DNA of 63,740 bases, filler included, from Asterionella formosa (taxonomy: Eukaryota): assembly GCA_002256025.1 (NCBI GenBank). It is 20 parts of 20 records of this genome, joined end to end, with 100 filler letters (N's around TTAATTAATTAA, not from the genome) between each part and the next. Parts side by side here need not be neighbours in the genome. Positions count along the whole stretch, not along the records: positions 58,510 to 59,747 come from NKIB01003523.1; positions 59,848 to 61,077 come from NKIB01003525.1; positions 61,178 to 62,410 come from NKIB01003526.1; positions 62,511 to 63,740 come from NKIB01003528.1; 16 more parts are not named here. One strand, given 5' to 3'. The notes under the pieces are model-generated. The model did not search any database. It had not been told where the DNA came from and saw only the letters and a program-made list of their open reading frames with translations. Made by a program: the position numbers and the translations under genes. Within the stretch, counting starts at the first letter, position 1. Every line of letters begins with the position of its first letter. Positions 59,200-63,740 of this stretch are shown here, piece after piece.

Positions 59200-59747
59200 A
59201 TGCCTCAGCATCCTCCTCCTTCGCCAGTAAGACAATCTCAGCCTTCAAACCAAATACCAACCACTTCAATTTCGTCTCCGATTGCTGCAATTCTTTCAAA
59301 GATGCAAATGAACAAGCAGGATGCTGCCATTCAAGGAGATGGTCTCGAAGAGATTGCGAACTTGGATTATACTAATGACAACAACAGGGTGACAATTGCT
59401 AGAACAGGAAGATTAACTGCGATTTGGTCGGAAATGACGATAATGCATCAGAACGACAACAAGAAGGTGGCAATTGCAAAAGCAGATCGTATGAAAAACC
59501 AGATTCCAACCACTTCAATTACATTTAAGCCAACAAACTTTGAGAAAGATTTCGAACGGTTTAAAGCAAATGATCCCACTTTGACTACATTTTATCTACA
59601 AAGTGAGTCAATTGGTGATTCTGGCACCACAGCCATTGCAAAGGCTCTCAAGGACAATAATGTCGTGACTGAACTTTATCTCGGAGATAATTCGATTGGT
59701 GATGACGGAGCCGAGGCCATTGCAGAGGCTCTCAAGGACAATACTGC
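59200..59747 (+). CDS. RNI-like leucine-rich repeat protein (NLRC3-type LRRs), 3'-truncated
   Basis: NDPTLT..YL...SIGDSGTTAIAKALKDN and VTELYLGDNSIGDDGAEAIAEALKDN are 28-aa RI-like repeats. Start uncertain. Confidence 0.75.
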
Positions 59748-59847
59748 NNNNNNNNNNNNNNNNNNNNNNNNNNNNNNNNNNNNNNNNNNNNTTAATTAAT
59801 TAANNNNNNNNNNNNNNNNNNNNNNNNNNNNNNNNNNNNNNNNNNNN

Positions 59848-61077
59848 TTTGTCCCTACTACACAACAGCAGAATACTGATCGCCATCACAGAGGTACTAT
59901 GTGCAATAATAGCAATGCTATTCATAATGACCTATTGATTATATCTCACGTCAGTCATCACCTGGATGATATTGTTTATTTAAAGGTTGAATACACTATG
60001 GATACCGCCGTTGCTGTAATGCGGGACATATATAATTGCATCAACAGACATGACATCCTACATACAAACCAGGGTCCGATTCCGGTTTCCTGTTTTACTT
60101 CTAAGGATGCATTAATGTTAATTAACTTAATTCCAATTTCTCTCTTAGCGCCACGACTGGTGGATGCTATAGCTATGCAAAAAAACACTACAAGTATTAT
60201 TTGATAGTGGAGGATCCTTATCTTCAATACATGAACTGGTTATGCCTGAAGGTATTTCTTTGTCAAACGAGACTTCCCAATTAATACATAGCATAGCTGG
60301 TACTTATTCATCTCATGCCAGTGTTATTTTACATGATATAATTCTACATGAATTCAATCAAGCTGCTCATATTTTGCATCAAAAGTGTCAAGTTTTTGAT
60401 GGGGTCTATGCACATTTGATGCTCAATGGCCAATGCACATTTGATGCTATTTTAGGACGTGCTTTCCTTCGTCAAGTTGGTTTACCTATTAAACACCATG
60501 TCTTGTATAGAGATGATCGTTCCTATTCATCCTCTCACATTTTTTGCTGATGGAAAACATTTACGTGATGGATTAAAAAATTTTGATGCGCGCACCTATG
60601 ATTGTGGAATCCTCATATGCGCTGGAAATTGAAGCTGCTGAATATAATTACATGAATATTGATACAGCCAGTGGTGGATAAACAGTTGTATTTGACAACA
60701 GTCCAACGGTCATGTTTACAAACCATTTTGTCTAAATATCAACAAACTTTATTTGATTGCAAATTATATGTTTATCCTCATAAACAAGTACATTTGGAAT
60801 TATTATCAGATGCTATTCCCTGTCATCAATGAACGTATCCAGTCGCCCATATTATTATAAAAGTTTTCAAAACCGAATTGCAACGGTCATGTGATATTGG
60901 CGTCCTAAATATGTGGTGCTTCCAAATGGGCATCTCCTACTTCTATCATGTTCGCAAAAAAGATGGAAGTGTCAGATTTTCGTGAATTAAATAAATTCAT
61001 CAATCGCATTATTTATTATTTACTTCGAATACAACTAGTCTCCCGAAACGTGCTGGATATGCATTTTTCACCAAATT
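59848..61077 (+). mobile_element. Degenerate Ty3/gypsy retrotransposon protease-RT fragment
   Basis: FDAILGRAFLRQVGL, VHLEL..DAIP...YPV....VFKTEL, KKDG..SDFRELNKFI.R..Y.L.RIQ and KRAGYAFFTK are read across frameshifts and stops. Confidence 0.8.
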
Positions 61078-62510
61078 NNNNNNNNNNNNNNNNNNNNNNN
61101 NNNNNNNNNNNNNNNNNNNNNTTAATTAATTAANNNNNNNNNNNNNNNNNNNNNNNNNNNNNNNNNNNNNNNNNNNNCCCTCTCTCGCCATTGCAAACAT
61201 TTAAACGTGTTGCGCTTGCACGCTTGAAACTTCCCTTTGGAATGTTCTTGAAATTAAACTGACTTCTTTGGGGCTTTCGCACTTGCTTTGTGTAACGAAT
61301 TTATAAGGATTGACATCACAGCATTGTCTTCAATCCTCATGCGGGACAAAAGTCTATACAATAGAGCAGCATAGTTACTGTAATTTGTAAAAGACTACAA
61401 AGCTTTATGTGAGTATGCGAGATAACTACCGGTATATCTGAGTACGGTATGCGAGAAAACGAAGCTTTACCGTACCGGTAGTACTGGTAGTCTACCTGGT
61501 ACCTGGTACTGGTACTCTTCTACCTTTCGGACGGGCGGCGGGTCAGCCAATCATAATATCTCCACTTGTACATTTTTCATCTGTGATAGCGCTGTAGGTT
61601 TAGAAGGTGACGTAACACGATACATTCATAGGGACAGGTACCTGGAGTACCAGTGACATGTTTCTGTCTCACCAACAACCCGCTATCATGCCGCATGCAT
61701 CTGTATCGTTTTATTAGGAGCGGTAGGAATACGGTAGCGTCTGCTACAGTACCAGGTACCCCGTACCTGTCACATTCAGGTTCAGCGCACTCTGGTATTT
61801 ACCAGTATATCTAGCCGGTACAAATAGATTGTAAAGACAGGACACAGCTACCTGGTACGGTACGGGTAAATTGTTGTTACATCGGTGTACATGTACATAC
61901 CGGTATACCTAATACAGCATAGGAGTAAGTATCTACATCAAGATCCCTCTCTATCAAGATGTTTGATGCAGTTTTTGGGTCCAGCCAACATAGCCTTCAT
62001 ATAAACCACCAATATTTTGTTTTCCACACGAAACTAAGCGACTATCCTGACTCTTTGAAGAACAAGGAGACAGCCACTGCTCTCAGAAAAGGCAGGCGAC
62101 TTCGCAGGCAGTCTCCACCCTCGGTCGCGTATTACCTTCAGAAGCTCGACGGGGGGCTGTATCACATTGTGACATCCAAAATTGGTCGGGTGCCGGTTTG
62201 GTCAGGACAACGTCTAGTGCATACAAACATATGTGATACACCAAAGTTCCGGCATGCTGATGATGACTGAGTGAATTTGGAGGATGCATGTAGAAAATTC
62301 AACGACAGATGGTAGAGACTCAAGTATACAAACTCGGCCACAAAGAAAACTGCGTTTCATCACACGTGCGTTCACAAACAACAAAAGCAATCAACGAGAA
62401 CAAATCAAACNNNNNNNNNNNNNNNNNNNNNNNNNNNNNNNNNNNNNNNNNNNNTTAATTAATTAANNNNNNNNNNNNNNNNNNNNNNNNNNNNNNNNNN
62501 NNNNNNNNNN

Positions 62511-63740
62511 TTGATCTAAGACATCAATCTCGTTAGCAAGCTTCTTGACATGGGAACGCACCATTTGACTCATTGGACTATAGTCGAGTCCACAGTCCTT
62601 GTGACTCATTATAGCCATTGATGCTATATTCTTGACATCCTCCTCGTTACCATGTTCAAGAAGTTCTAAAATTGTACCACTCAGCACAGGTCCAGATAAC
62701 CTTGTAAAAATCTGCTCTTTGACATTCTTCGTCAAAATGTCTGCTGGATTGTTTTCTGATCTTAGAAAAACAATATGCAACTCACCCTCATCTATCATGT
62801 TCTTGACATGATGAAACTTAATATCAATGTGTTTTTGTAGTGGACCTTGTTCCGTGATATTAAAATCCTCCTTGATCATATTTTTCATGTAGTCCACTGC
62901 ATTCCTGGTACCACAAATAATTCCATCATCCACATAGTTTGCCAACAGCCCTTCAATTTGTCCATCGTTGTTACGGTAGATAAACAACATTGGTGGTGAC
63001 GCACTTCGCGAATGTCTTGGACCAGCATCTTGGAGCTTGTACAATTCCATACATAGCCTTAATTAATTTGCAGATATGTATATTCTGATCGATCCCTGTC
63101 AATCCTTCTGGGGGCTCAATATAAATGTCTTCGTCGACGTCAGCATTTAGAAACGCTGCTTCAACGTCGATTGCTTCCGCTATCCAACCGTAGTACAAAG
63201 TAACAGCCAGAACAGTTTTTATTGTAGCATCACTTGCAACAGGAGCGAATGTTTCAGTAAAATCAACTCCCGGGATCTGTTCATATCCCTTTACAACCAA
63301 CCGTGCCTTGTATACTGTCTTTCCAGTTATCACGTCCTCCTTAATACGGAAGACCCATCTTGTCTTAAGAGCTCTCTTGTTCACGTCATTTCTCTTAACT
63401 ATTTTCCATACTCTTCTTGCTTGGAAGTTTTCAAATTCTTTCTTTATAGCTTTCATCCACTCTTTGCGATCAGGTCTTATCATTGCCTCATCATAACTAT
63501 TTGGTAAACCTGGGTCCGATGCAAGACTTGCATTGAATACGAAATTTACTTCAGTTTCCTTATTCGAAGAAGCTTCCTCCTCAATCACATTTGGTAGTGA
63601 AGTGTCTGGAGGGAATTTAACATTTTTAGTTGGATTGTACGATGAGTCCAACTTCTTCATTTCTCGTTCCAACTTTGCCTGTTGCTTCAAAACATTTCTC
63701 TTTTCTAGGTCAGAAATTTCATCACTCCTTGAGGTAGATT
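62511..63740 (-). mobile_element. Ty1/copia RT-RNase H fragment with internal deletion
   Basis: RWVFRIK, YKARLVVKGYEQIPGVDFTETFAPV, IDVEAAFLNA, KAMYGIVQAPRCW and YVDD, followed directly by the RNase H tail KHIDIKFHH...NPADILTKN. Confidence 0.92.

Noticed and set aside
1235..62510. Regularly spaced identical TTAATTAATTAA with ~1.33-kb periodicity (array- or CRISPR-like)
   Set aside because: Always centred in N44 runs and encodes stops in all six frames, so it is an artificial concatenation linker. The near-equal contig lengths reflect ordering of length-ranked contigs. Adjacency across linkers has no biological meaning.

Overview
This window is not one contiguous locus. It is 20 unrelated assembly pieces joined by 19 artificial 100-bp linkers (N44-TTAATTAATTAA-N44, starting at 1235, 2569, 3903, 5237, 6571, 7905, 9238, 29182, 30515, 31848, 33181, 34513, 35845, 55748, 57079, 58410, 59748, 61078 and 62411). 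Eighteen pieces are ~1.23-kb contigs; two are ~19.8-kb scaffolds (9338-29181 and 35945-55747). The DNA is eukaryotic nuclear and most likely diatom/ochrophyte. Evidence: short GT-AG introns, bipartite ASAFAP-type plastid presequences, and copia/gypsy remnants resembling diatom families. Genes are a CDK10-like kinase, RPL4, PRP31, a PPR protein, a Trm11-like tRNA methyltransferase, a GT90 glycosyltransferase, an IMPase/PAP-phosphatase, a YjbQ protein, PheRS alpha, an unknown plastid protein, a fucosyltransferase-like protein, a TKL-like kinase, Mpv17/PMP22 and an LRR fragment. The small contigs are mostly decayed LTR-retrotransposon and DNA-transposon sequence. Two observations stand out. (1) A ~195-nt strand-specific hairpin (969-1163) has five symmetrically placed CGAG/CGAG tandem G.A mismatches. 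(2) Intergenic DNA is full of TA-[CCGG/CCTGG/CCAGG/GC/C]-TA motifs. Comparing repeat copies shows these as insertions at TA sites, consistent with stacked Tc1/mariner/pogo excision footprints.
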